DNA of 62,648 nucleotides, filler included. It is 8 parts of 8 records of this genome, joined end to end, with 100 filler letters (N's around TTAATTAATTAA, not from the genome) between each part and the next. Parts side by side here need not be neighbours in the genome. Positions count along the whole stretch, not along the records: positions 5,456 to 22,414 come from DRR723986_8018; 7 more parts are not named here. The stretch is one strand, 5' to 3'. Position numbers and translations under genes: made by a program. Numbering within the stretch: the first letter of the stretch is position 1; every line of letters begins with the position of its first letter. Under the pieces are notes generated by a model that was not told where the DNA came from, ran no database searches, and worked only from the letters and a program-made list of their open reading frames with translations. This document shows, one piece after another, positions 8,837 through 18,396 of the stretch.

Positions 8837-11223
8837 GCCGCGACCTCTGACAGGGTGTCGCTTTCCACGAATTCGCGCAATTCCGGGTCTTCGAGCTGCA
8901 TTTCGATGGTGCGCAGGGCGCTGTCCAGCGTCGCGCGCTGCAATGCCGCCAGATCGGTGTCTTGCAGCATCTCGTCCATGCAGCCTTGCAGATCGCCCGA
9001 GCGGATCGAGGCATCTTCGCAGGAATTCAGATCGAACTTGTCCCAGTAGCCCAGGTCGATGCGGCCTTTATCCTTGGAATTCGCGGTGCCGCGCAGGCGC
9101 TTGAGCAGAAATTCCTCTCGGCTTTTAATCGCGTAATGGTTCATCTGCGCGAAGTCATAGGCGACAATGTCCTTGTTCGACCGCCAGCCGCTGCGCAGAT
9201 ATTTCTCGCCCATGGGTTCACCACGCGCGCTGACCCAGTTGACCTGATCGGGGTGGATGTCCACCTTCTTTTCAAAGCGGGGCCGGTGAACGCCGAAATA
9301 GTCGAAACTGGCAGGACGGAAGAGCGTTTTGAACCCCCAGACAAGGCCGTTTTCAGGCTCATCCACGCGGCAGGCGCGGGTGAAGCGTTGGGTCACCGGT
9401 TCGGGCATCATGTGGCGGTGTCCGGCCGATCCGAAAAGCCGCCAGTTGATCGAGACGGCTTCGGTATTGTCCGGGCAGGCGTCGATCAGCGCATCAACGG
9501 TGCCGTCGCCCGCATGGACATTCAGGAATTCATCGGCATCTGCGATCAGCACCCAAGAGGCATCGCGCACCACATCCATCTGGTTGGCGCGGCTATAGGC
9601 GCGGCGCTGCGGGTCCATGCGGTGACCGATGGGGTTGTCGAAATGATGCACGATCCCCATGGCATCTAGCCGGTTCAGCAGCAGGTTGGTGCCATCGGTG
9701 CAATCGTTGGAAAACAGGACGAAATCATCGAAGCCCAGATTGCGGTAATGGGCGATCCATTCCAGCAGGTAGGGCCCTTCGTTCTTCATGGTGGACAGCA
9801 CCACCTTGCGCCCGTTGCCGGGGAAGGGCGCTGACATCTTTGGGCGGATGGCCGGGGCGGCGGGCGTGGCCGGTTCCGGATCTGGCACCGCGGCCCCGGC
9901 TTCGTCGATCACCTCACCGGTTTTGCGGGCCTTCTGGATCAGCGAAATCAATCGCGCGCGGGTTTCGGGGTTCAGATCCGGGGCAGGGGGCGTATCTTGC
10001 TGGTCCGGCTGAGCGGACGGGTCCAGCGCGACGCCGGTCAGCTTCGACAGTTCCTCGGCGTCTGTGGCGTCCTGCCGTTTCTCTGCGTTTCTGATGCCGG
10101 TGGACCGGGCGATCATCTTGGCGATGGTCTTGTTGGGCACGCCATCGGCCTGCATCTTGCGCACCAGTTCCTGGGTGTCCTTAGGCAGATGCTGGGTAAA
10201 GAGCACCTCGTCCAGTTGGTCGATGCGCACTGCGCCGGCTTCCCTCAGGCTTTCGACCCATTCGTCATATTCACCGGTGTGGCGCAACTGTTCGACGCGG
10301 GCGGCGTGATAGGCCAGCGCCTTGTCCTGAAGCGCGGCCAGCTTGGCGTCTTTCAGCATCTCAGCCATCAGCGCCTTGACCTTGGGCGCGTGGCGCGCGG
10401 CGCTGACGGTCGGTTCCTGTTCGTTGCGGTCGAAGATCGAGAAATAGGAGGCGTTATATTTGTCCTCCTTGTTGTTCACGTTGCCGCGCAGGCGGCGCAG
10501 CAGATAGGCCTCGTAGCTTTTCACCGCATAATGGTTCAGTTCAACGAAGTCATAGGACAGCGTCGGCCCGGTTGACCGCCAGCCGCTTTTCTTGAAGCTT
10601 TCGGTCATCGGCTTGCCGCCGCCATTCATCCATTTCAGCGCCAGCAGTTTTTCGACCTGCCCTTCCTTCGACGCCTTGTGCTTGATCGACGGGCGGTGGA
10701 TGCCGAATTTCATATCGGGGAAGGGTCGCACCATCGACTTGACGCCCCAGCCCTTGCGGAACCGGTCCGGCGCGCCGTGGGTATAGCTTTCGGTCACCAG
10801 GCCGGGCCGCCAGTCGAGCACGTTGTTGGACCCGTAGAAGCGCCAGGTGATCATGACGCCCTCGGTCCCGTCCGGCATCGCTTCGATCAGTTCCTGCACG
10901 GTGCCGTCGCCAAGCTTGATGTTGACGAATTCATCGGCGTCCATGGTCAAGACCCAGTCGCTGTCGCAAACCTCGGGGTTTTTTCCGGCCAGCCACAGCG
11001 CGTGCGGTTGCGGTTTCTTGCCCTTGGGCACCTCGTTGCGGAAATGCTGACAATAGCCCATTTCCTGCAACCGGATCAGCATGTCGTCGGTGCCGTCCTG
11101 ACAGTTGTTGGTGTAGACGCAGATGTTATCGAAGCCGATCAGGTGGTGATAGGCCACCCATTCGAGTAGGCAATGCCCCTCGTCCTTCATCATCGACAGG
11201 ATCGTATGCCTGTGTTTCGGCAT
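8830..11223 (-). CDS. Tandem two-domain glycosyltransferase family 2-like protein (~797 aa)
   Basis: Two homologous halves, each with MK(D/N)EG..LLEW.A...GFD...N.C.DGT, DADEF and NHYA.KS, joined by a Pro/Ala-rich linker. The start MPKHRH is chosen by domain start. Confidence 0.85.
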   Translation of the reverse strand: MPKHRHTILSMMKDEGHCLLEWVAYHHLIGFDNICVYTNNCQDGTDDMLIRLQEMGYCQHFRNEVPKGKKPQPHALWLAGKNPEVCDSDWVLTMDADEFVNIKLGDGTVQELIEAMPDGTEGVMITWRFYGSNNVLDWRPGLVTESYTHGAPDRFRKGWGVKSMVRPFPDMKFGIHRPSIKHKASKEGQVEKLLALKWMNGGGKPMTESFKKSGWRSTGPTLSYDFVELNHYAVKSYEAYLLRRLRGNVNNKEDKYNASYFSIFDRNEQEPTVSAARHAPKVKALMAEMLKDAKLAALQDKALAYHAARVEQLRHTGEYDEWVESLREAGAVRIDQLDEVLFTQHLPKDTQELVRKMQADGVPNKTIAKMIARSTGIRNAEKRQDATDAEELSKLTGVALDPSAQPDQQDTPPAPDLNPETRARLISLIQKARKTGEVIDEAGAAVPDPEPATPAAPAIRPKMSAPFPGNGRKVVLSTMKNEGPYLLEWIAHYRNLGFDDFVLFSNDCTDGTNLLLNRLDAMGIVHHFDNPIGHRMDPQRRAYSRANQMDVVRDASWVLIADADEFLNVHAGDGTVDALIDACPDNTEAVSINWRLFGSAGHRHMMPEPVTQRFTRACRVDEPENGLVWGFKTLFRPASFDYFGVHRPRFEKKVDIHPDQVNWVSARGEPMGEKYLRSGWRSNKDIVAYDFAQMNHYAIKSREEFLLKRLRGTANSKDKGRIDLGYWDKFDLNSCEDASIRSGDLQGCMDEMLQDTDLAALQRATLDSALRTIEMQLEDPELREFVESDTLSEVAAQ

Positions 11224-11577
11224 GAACTGCCCCCTGGGCGTGTGCCCGTTACTCGTATCCTCGTGCCGGGCCGTCTGGCGGGACCGGTCATTCATGTTGG
11301 TCAGGAGTAAAGCGCAAATCGTGCGCAATTGCGAGGGGCCTCGTGGGGATGGCTAAAATTCCAGGCATTTTGTTGCTTCAAGAGATGCGTTGATCACTCT
11401 CTCGTGATGCGCGTAAAAATTCCGTCGCGGAAATTTGTGTGCGTTTACGCGCAGAACTCTCTGCCGATTTCGCCGTTTTGGTCGGCCCAAGCCGGGCCTA
11501 TCTGCTGTCTCACAAGGCGGGTCGCACCGCCGCCACAACACCGCAAACACAGATAAGACACTCGAAAGGAAAGACCC

Positions 11578-11943
11578 ATGAAAACCCTCGCAATCACCGC
11601 TTCGCTCGTTGCTGCCCTGTCCGCCCCGGCCTTCGCCAATGACAACCTTGCAGCCTCTGTCGGCGTTGAACCCGGCCTGTACACCGTGGCCGAACTGATC
11701 CAGCTGCGCGACGCCCTGGAAGGCAATGACCAGGTCGAAGCAGCCTTCATTCTGAACGGCAACGCCAACCCGGTCGATGGCGCGGTTGCTTACGAAGCCC
11801 GCCTGCGCCAGGCAGAGGAAGATGGCGACTATGCCATCGCCGCCTATCTGCGCAACAGCGGTTCGGAAGTGATCTCGACCCAGAGCTTCGGCCAGAACGA
11901 CGTTGCCGCGCGCATCTTTGCAGAACTGGCTGCAGCGGACTGA
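11578..11943 (+). CDS. Secreted acidic hypothetical protein (121 aa)
   Basis: AAGGAAAG RBS, signal peptide ending APAFA, strong codon bias, LAASVGVEPGLYTVAELIQL motif. Confidence 0.8.
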   Translation: MKTLAITASLVAALSAPAFANDNLAASVGVEPGLYTVAELIQLRDALEGNDQVEAAFILNGNANPVDGAVAYEARLRQAEEDGDYAIAAYLRNSGSEVISTQSFGQNDVAARIFAELAAAD

Positions 11944-11954
11944 TATCGACTGCC

Positions 11955-11977
11955 GGGCAGGCCGGATCGGCCTGCCC
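11955..11977. terminator. GC-rich hairpin between convergent genes
   Basis: gggcaggccg-gat-cggcctgccc, a 10-bp perfect stem without a U-tract. Confidence 0.45.
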
Positions 11978-12110
11978 TGACCGCCCTCATCCCTGACTGT
12001 CCCCCTGTTCCTGATCCGACCCTCCCCCAAGCGGATCATCCCAGGATGCGGTGCGGTGAACCGGTTCCGACGCGCAAGTGTCGGGGCCGGTTTGCGTTAT
12101 GGGAAAGCCG

Positions 12111-13019
12111 TCAGCCGGTGGATAGAACCGTGCGGGCCAGCGCCTCGACATAGTCATCCACAGTGCCTGGCGACATGCCGCAGCGCAGGCTGTCATGATA
12201 GAGCATCCGCAGCAGCAGCTCGTCATGGCGGGTCAGAACGCCAAACTCCTCATCATCGTTGAAGATCGACGGCCGGGCCTCGGGGCTGTCATTGGCCAGA
12301 CCCATGCCCTGCGCCAGTTCTTCCTCTATGCAGGACCGGCGCATCAAGGGCGGGTGTTCGGCGCGCACGATGGCGATGGCCTGCTGATAGCCGTCGGCAG
12401 GATTGGCGCCGGGGATTGCCACAACCATGCAGAATGTATTGGGACGCATCCGCAGGATCGCCCCCTGCGCGGCGCGGCTTAACCCCGGAGCGATCTGCTG
12501 AAGCACCGACCGGGCATTGGCGCGTTCCTCGTCGTTCAGGATCAGAACGTGAAAGTTCGGGTTGGACGTGACGACGCGGATCGGGTGTCCGCTGGCCCGA
12601 TGCAGGCGCTGCGCCACGCTTTGCACGGTGGAGAGGTCGCGCCGTTGCTGCGCGCCGCTGACCGAGGGGCCAAAATGCACGCCAAGCCGGATCGGCTGTT
12701 CCCATCTGCGCAGCGGGGCAGCGCCGCCGCCCTGCGCCGCGCCCCCGCCGTGCAGGGAGTATTCGGACCGCATGGCGATAGCCATGAAGTTTCGCGCAAG
12801 CGTCGCGGCATCAAGACCCGAGGTCCATCTTTCCTGACGCAGGCGACCCTCCGACACCAGTTGATGTTCCATCTGCTGATAATAACTGGCCAGTTGCACG
12901 ACTGGTTGATGCTGGGCCATGGCCTGCGTTGCCCCAAGCGCACAGACCGCGCAGGCAGCGAGGGAACGGATCAGTCTGGCAAACGCACCCTTTGCGGGCG
13001 TGTTGCGGGTAAAGATCAT
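12111..13019 (-). CDS. DUF2927 domain protein (exported)
   Basis: LARNFMAIA..SEY, LRRWEQPIR, RAEHP.LMR.SCIEEELAQGMGLANDS..ARPSIFNDDEEF. Confidence 0.85.
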   Translation of the reverse strand: MIFTRNTPAKGAFARLIRSLAACAVCALGATQAMAQHQPVVQLASYYQQMEHQLVSEGRLRQERWTSGLDAATLARNFMAIAMRSEYSLHGGGAAQGGGAAPLRRWEQPIRLGVHFGPSVSGAQQRRDLSTVQSVAQRLHRASGHPIRVVTSNPNFHVLILNDEERANARSVLQQIAPGLSRAAQGAILRMRPNTFCMVVAIPGANPADGYQQAIAIVRAEHPPLMRRSCIEEELAQGMGLANDSPEARPSIFNDDEEFGVLTRHDELLLRMLYHDSLRCGMSPGTVDDYVEALARTVLSTG

Positions 13020-13285
13020 GTCAGTCTCCGGCACCGGGTCGGATTGCGACCCGGTGCGTGATCCGGATCGTTCGCCGACCAGTGTTCGGGGGGGGCAATC
13101 GTCTGTCAACAGCCGCGCGCAAAACGTGATCATGCACGGGAATGGCTTTCCCCTCGGGAATCAAAGTAACCGTCTGACATATAAGGTGGAAATCCACCTG
13201 ACAGGGCCGAGGGGCGGAGGATCACGTTTTTCGGTCGTACCGGCAGTTGGCGCTGTACCGGGGCCAGAGAATCGAAAGGCCGAGG

Positions 13286-15031
13286 TCAGAGCGGTGTCGT
13301 CACGCCCGCACTTTGCAACTGGTGCAGCCGCGCATAGGCGCCGTCTGCTTGCATCAGCGCCTCATGGCTGCCCTGTTCGACCACACGGCCCTTGTCCATC
13401 ACCACGATCAGGTCCGCGTTGCGGATGGTGGACAGGCGATGTGCGATGACCAGCGTCGTGCGCCCCTTGGACAGGCGGGCCAGCGCCTCGCCCACCAGTT
13501 TTTCGGATTGCGCATCGAGGGCCGAGGTGGGTTCGTCCAGCAGCAGGATCGGCGCGTCGCGGAGCATCGCGCGGGCGATGGTCACGCGCTGGCGCTGTCC
13601 GCCGGACAGGCCCGACCCGCGCGGCCCAACGGGCGTGTCCAGCCCAAGCGGCAGGGCATCGGCGAAGTCCAGCACCGAGGCAGCTTGGGCAGCGGCGCGC
13701 ACCTGCTCATCGCTTGCGTCGAGCCGCCCGAGGCGGATGTTTTGCGCGATGGTTTCGTCAAACAGCGCCTCGGCCTGACCAACAAGCGCGATGGAATCGC
13801 GCAAGCGTTCTATGTCCGCGTCGGTCGTCGCGGTGCCGCCCAGGGTAATCTGGCCAGAAGACGGATCGACCAGCCGCGACAGCAGCGAAAAGACCGTGCT
13901 TTTTCCGGCGCCGGAGGGTCCGACAAGGGCGGTGGTCTGGCCTTGGGCGGCGGTGAAGGTGAGGCCCTGAAGCACCGGCATGTTGTCATAGGCGAAATCG
14001 ACCCTGTCGAAGATCACATCGCCCTGGGTCAGAGGCTTGGGCTTTGCCGGGGGCAGGATCGTCGGGCGCGCCTCCAGCACATCGTAAAGCCGTTCAAGCG
14101 AGGCCATTGCCGCTTGTATGTTGCCGGCAAGTGCCGACAGCCGCCGCATCGGGTCGAAGACCAGAGCCAGCGCGGTGAAAAAGGACATGAACTGCCCGAC
14201 GGTCTTGTCGCCCGACATGATCTGTTGGCCGCCATAGATCAGCACCGCCAGAAAGCCGATGGCCGCGATGATGTCGATCAGCGCCGGGTTGGCGGCCTTG
14301 CCCCGCTCGGCCCGCAACTGCGCGGCAAGGAACCCGTTCACTTCGCGGTCAAAGCGGCGGGCCTCGTGGCTTTCGAGGCGGTTGACCTTGATCGAAACGA
14401 TGCCGTGAAAGATCTCATCGAGTTGCGTCGACAGGCGCGAGGCCGCTTCCCGCGCGACTCTCGTGGTCTTGCGGATCAGCTTTTGCACGAAGGTCAGCGG
14501 CAAAATCAGCAGCGGAACACCTGTAAGCGCCAGCAGCGCCCATTGCCAATCCGACCAGATCATCACCGCCAGAAGCGAAATGACCGAGATCGTATCCCGC
14601 CCGAGCGTCATCAGAGTGGCGCTGGCCATGCCCTGCAACGCCAGCGTATCGCCGCGCACCCGTTCAATCAGCGCCCCCGGCGCGTGGTCCTGAAAATAGC
14701 GCGCATCGAGCCCCAGAAGATGCGACAGCAGGCGCGATTGCAGATTGGTGGTCACGCGCAGGCCAATGGTAACAATCAGAAGGCGCTGGCCGAACCCGGA
14801 AATCGCCCGCAGGATGAACACGCCCGAAATGGCCAGAGCCACCCAGGTGACCGCCCCTGAATTGCCCGCAACAAAGAACTGATCGAACAGCGGCTGAATG
14901 AGATAGGAGATCGCGCCGAGCGAACTGCCTTCGATCACCATCAGCAGGAACGCCACGATCAGCAGTGGCCAGAACTGCACCACATGGTCTCGCCACAGGC
15001 GGATCAGAAGGTTCGATTTGGGGTCACTCAC
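13286..15031 (-). CDS. ABC transporter, fused TMD+NBD, MsbA-like lipid exporter
   Basis: N-terminal TM region, GPSGAGKS, LSGGQRQR, LLLDEPTSALD, IAHRLST. Confidence 0.92.
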   Translation of the reverse strand: MSDPKSNLLIRLWRDHVVQFWPLLIVAFLLMVIEGSSLGAISYLIQPLFDQFFVAGNSGAVTWVALAISGVFILRAISGFGQRLLIVTIGLRVTTNLQSRLLSHLLGLDARYFQDHAPGALIERVRGDTLALQGMASATLMTLGRDTISVISLLAVMIWSDWQWALLALTGVPLLILPLTFVQKLIRKTTRVAREAASRLSTQLDEIFHGIVSIKVNRLESHEARRFDREVNGFLAAQLRAERGKAANPALIDIIAAIGFLAVLIYGGQQIMSGDKTVGQFMSFFTALALVFDPMRRLSALAGNIQAAMASLERLYDVLEARPTILPPAKPKPLTQGDVIFDRVDFAYDNMPVLQGLTFTAAQGQTTALVGPSGAGKSTVFSLLSRLVDPSSGQITLGGTATTDADIERLRDSIALVGQAEALFDETIAQNIRLGRLDASDEQVRAAAQAASVLDFADALPLGLDTPVGPRGSGLSGGQRQRVTIARAMLRDAPILLLDEPTSALDAQSEKLVGEALARLSKGRTTLVIAHRLSTIRNADLIVVMDKGRVVEQGSHEALMQADGAYARLHQLQSAGVTTPL

Positions 15032-15758
15032 GGCGCAGTACCCAGTCCAGCAATCGGTTTCCGCCTCGGGTCTCGGTAAACCGGGCCGTCAGCGCTTCGG
15101 GATCATAGACCGTATCGACCCAGTCCAGAAAGCCGATACCTGTTCTGCGGCGATCTTCCGCGTAAGCGTCTATGAACGCATCCAGAATGCCGGTGCGTGT
15201 GAACCGGAAATGGGCGTGTTTCCACGACAATTGCCGGGCGACGTCCCGGGGCTCTGCCCCATGCGCCAGCAAATAGAGCACCGAGGCCAGTCCGGCCCGG
15301 TCAGCACCTGATTTGCAATGCATCAGCATCGGCTTTTCGGCGGCATCCATCAACGCCAGCGCGGCGTGGATTTCCTCGCGCGTGGGTGCGGTGTTGGAAT
15401 AGAGCCGCCCGTTGACCAGCGTTATTCCATGGGCGGCGCAGGCCTCGGCCTCCAGCAGGTAGCTGCCCCACTGGTTGGCTCCGCGGAAGTTCAGGATCGT
15501 GCGAATGCCCATATCCGCCAGCACCGCCACCTGTTCCGGCGAAGGTTGGTTCGATCGCCAGACACCGGGAGAGATCTCAAAGCGGTTGGTCCAGAGCCAT
15601 CGCACAACACCGTGGTCAAGCACGTTCATATCATAGCGCGCCGATCTGCGCGCGCCGGGGGCATCCAGATCTGCCGACCAGCCTGCACGCCACCGGGACA
15701 GCACCGCACGGCGGCGGGCGCGGTGATTGCGCAGGGCTGTCTTGAGGGCGGTGATCAC
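15024..15758 (-). CDS. Cys-based tyrosine-phosphatase-superfamily protein (CtpA-like)
   Basis: RSNQP, GIRTILNFRG and HCKSGADRAG P-loop; overlaps the start of the MsbA-like gene. Confidence 0.85.
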   Translation of the reverse strand: MITALKTALRNHRARRRAVLSRWRAGWSADLDAPGARRSARYDMNVLDHGVVRWLWTNRFEISPGVWRSNQPSPEQVAVLADMGIRTILNFRGANQWGSYLLEAEACAAHGITLVNGRLYSNTAPTREEIHAALALMDAAEKPMLMHCKSGADRAGLASVLYLLAHGAEPRDVARQLSWKHAHFRFTRTGILDAFIDAYAEDRRRTGIGFLDWVDTVYDPEALTARFTETRGGNRLLDWVLRRE

Positions 15759-15826
15759 GGGGGCAGGGGCCTCGGGCTGTTTCGGGTAGGGCTGATTACG
15801 CTGGACAGGGCCGTTTCACAAGCGCG

Positions 15827-16759
15827 TCAGGGCAACAGCAACAGCCAGCCCGAGGCGGTCAGAACCGTGGCTGCGGTGCCGATCAGCACGGCAGAGGCCG
15901 CAACCCGCTTGGCCGCGCCATACATATTGGCAAACAGATAGGCGTTGACGCCGGGGGCCATGGCCGCCGTCAGCACCGCGCCGCGCAGTTGGTCTGTTGT
16001 CAGGTCGGTCACCATGCGGCCCATTCCGTAGGCAATCGCCGGGTGAACCAGTAGCGACAGTACGCAGACATAGGCGATGACCTTGGCGTCGCCCTCGGGC
16101 CGGTAGCGGTACAGGACTCCGCCAAGGCCGAACAGCGCGGCAGGCAGGGCGGCGCGGATCATCAGCGACAAGGCCTCATCCACGATACCGGGCAGGGGCA
16201 GGGCGGTGAGGTTGACGATGAACCCCAACACGATGCCAATCATCAGCGCGTTCGAGAAAATCGCCTTGCCCACGGTTTTCAGCAGCCGCAGCGGATCGCG
16301 GGTCTGGGCGATGGCGATCTCCATCGTGGTGATACCAAGAAGGTAGCAGAACGGCGCATGGATCGAGATGATCGCATAGTTCGGCACCAGCGCCTCGGCC
16401 CCATACGCACGCTCCATGATCGGCAGGCCAAGCAGCACGGAATTGGCGAAAAGCGCTACAAACCCGATGGCGATGCTGTCAGGCAGGCTGCGCCCGAAGA
16501 TGTATCGCGCGCCAAGGATGCCAAGAACGAAACAGGCGGTGGAGCCGGTGTAGTAGCTCAGCAGCAGGCGCCAGTCGAAGCTTTGACCAAGATCGAGCGA
16601 GGAAATGGCCGCAAACAGCAGGCAAGGCACCGCGAATTTCTGGGTAAAGACCATAAGCCCGTCAACGCCGCTGTCGGAAAACAGCCCGCGCCAGACGGCC
16701 AGATACCCGGCCCCAAGCACCAGGAAGACCGGCAGGACGACGTCTAGAAGGGCGGTCAT
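15827..16759 (-). CDS. AEC family transporter
   Basis: VLPVFLVLGAGY, F.NSVLLGLPIMERAYG, AMAPGVNAYLFA; about 10 TM segments. Confidence 0.88.
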   Translation of the reverse strand: MTALLDVVLPVFLVLGAGYLAVWRGLFSDSGVDGLMVFTQKFAVPCLLFAAISSLDLGQSFDWRLLLSYYTGSTACFVLGILGARYIFGRSLPDSIAIGFVALFANSVLLGLPIMERAYGAEALVPNYAIISIHAPFCYLLGITTMEIAIAQTRDPLRLLKTVGKAIFSNALMIGIVLGFIVNLTALPLPGIVDEALSLMIRAALPAALFGLGGVLYRYRPEGDAKVIAYVCVLSLLVHPAIAYGMGRMVTDLTTDQLRGAVLTAAMAPGVNAYLFANMYGAAKRVAASAVLIGTAATVLTASGWLLLLP

Positions 16760-17557
16760 TCAGACCTCGTACCGGATCACCAGCCCGTCATGGGCGGGTA
16801 TGATGTGGTCAGGCGTTTCATCGGCAACGGTCTGATAATCCAGATCAATGTGCATATTGGTCAGCACCGCGCGGCGGGGGGCGGCGCGCTCGATCCAGCC
16901 AAGGGTCTTGTCCAGATGTGCGTGGCTGGGGTGGGGCATGCGGCGCAGGGCGTCGACGATCCAGTAGTCGAGGTTGGCGAGGGCAGGCCATGTGGCCTCG
17001 GGAATGTCGGAGGCGTCCGGCAGATAGGCCAGATCGCCAATGCGAAAGCCCAGACTGTCGATATTTCCATGCTCTACCTCGAACGGGGTCAGGCGGATCA
17101 GGCCGCCGGGGCCGTCGATCTCGATGTCGCCATCAATGGAACAGAGGTTCAGGATCGGCGGATAGGCAGAGCCTGCCGGTTGCACGAAGGCATAGCCAAA
17201 GCGGTTGAGCAGGTCGTTCTGCGTCGCGCCATCGGCATAGACATTCAGCCGTTCGCGCATGTTGAAGACGATCATGCGCAGGTCGTCCAGCCCGTGGACA
17301 TGGTCGGCATGGCCGTGGGAATAGACCACGCCGTTCAGCTCTCCCACGCCCGCATCGAGCAGTTGAGACCGCAGGTCGGGCGAGCTGTCGATCAACACGC
17401 GGGTGATGCCGCCCGTGTCCTCGCGCTCGATCAGCATAGAGCAGCGGCGGCGGCGGTTTTTCGGGTTTTCCGGGTCACAATCGCCCCAGTGCCCGCCAAG
17501 ACGCGGCACTCCGCCAGACGATCCACAGCCCAGAATGGTAAAGCGCAGCTCGGCCAT
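16760..17557 (-). CDS. MBL-fold metallo-hydrolase (PhnP-like)
   Basis: ILGCGSSGGVP and HGHADHVHGLDD motifs; usual position after tatD. Confidence 0.9.
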   Translation of the reverse strand: MAELRFTILGCGSSGGVPRLGGHWGDCDPENPKNRRRRCSMLIEREDTGGITRVLIDSSPDLRSQLLDAGVGELNGVVYSHGHADHVHGLDDLRMIVFNMRERLNVYADGATQNDLLNRFGYAFVQPAGSAYPPILNLCSIDGDIEIDGPGGLIRLTPFEVEHGNIDSLGFRIGDLAYLPDASDIPEATWPALANLDYWIVDALRRMPHPSHAHLDKTLGWIERAAPRRAVLTNMHIDLDYQTVADETPDHIIPAHDGLVIRYEV

Positions 17558-18363
17558 CAGGCGGCGTGCCTCCATTCCTTGGCCTTCCAGAACAGCCGGT
17601 CAAAATTGGCGGTGGTCTGGGCGAAAAACTCGGTCTCGGACAGGCCGAACGTCTCGGCTGCACGACGCGCAGTGTGAAACGTATACGCCGGTTCATTGCG
17701 TTTGCCGCGATAAGGTGGGGGCGCAAGATAGGGGGCATCGGTTTCCACGAGGATGCGATCCAGCGGCGCCGCGGCGAAGATATCGCGTAGATCGGACGAG
17801 CGCGGGAAGGCGGTGATGCCTGACATCGACAGGTAAAAGCCAAGTCCAAGCGCCGTCTCGGCCAGCGCGGGCGACGAGGTGAAGCAATGCATCACGCAGG
17901 TGAACGCGCCCTTTGCGTGCTCTTCGGTCAGGATGCGGGCCATGTCATCATCGGCATCGCGCGAATGGATGATCAGAGGCAGGCCGGTCTGGCGCGCGGC
18001 CTCGATATGCAAACGCAGGCTGCTTTGTTGCACTTGGGCGCTGTCGGCGGTGTAGTGGTAGTCAAGCCCTGTCTCGCCGATGCCGACAAACTTGGGGTGA
18101 TTGGCCAATGCCACCAATTCCGCAACCGTGGCCATGGGCTCATCCGCTGCACTCATCGGGTGGGTGCCTGCGGCCCAGAAGACGGGCGCATGGGCGTCGG
18201 CGATGGCCTGAACCTGAGGCACATTGCGCAGCTTGGTGCAGATCGTCACCATGCGCGTCACGCCCTGATCGACAGCACGTTGAACGACCTCTGGCAGTTC
18301 CTCGGCGAAATCGGGAAAGTCGAGGTGGCAATGGCTGTCGACGATATCCGGCAGGTCACTCAT
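17557..18363 (-). CDS. tatD: TatD family DNase
   Basis: DSHCHLD, GIGETGLDY, IIHSR, MHCF and LVETDAPYLAP motifs. Confidence 0.93.
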   Translation of the reverse strand: MSDLPDIVDSHCHLDFPDFAEELPEVVQRAVDQGVTRMVTICTKLRNVPQVQAIADAHAPVFWAAGTHPMSAADEPMATVAELVALANHPKFVGIGETGLDYHYTADSAQVQQSSLRLHIEAARQTGLPLIIHSRDADDDMARILTEEHAKGAFTCVMHCFTSSPALAETALGLGFYLSMSGITAFPRSSDLRDIFAAAPLDRILVETDAPYLAPPPYRGKRNEPAYTFHTARRAAETFGLSETEFFAQTTANFDRLFWKAKEWRHAA

Positions 18364-18396
18364 CAAGCGTCGTCCTTTGCGCCTTCCGTGGATGGT

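Noticed and set aside
13247-14860. 537-aa ORF antisense to the MsbA-like gene
   Set aside because: Typical shadow ORF opposite an ABC transporter in a GC-rich genome.
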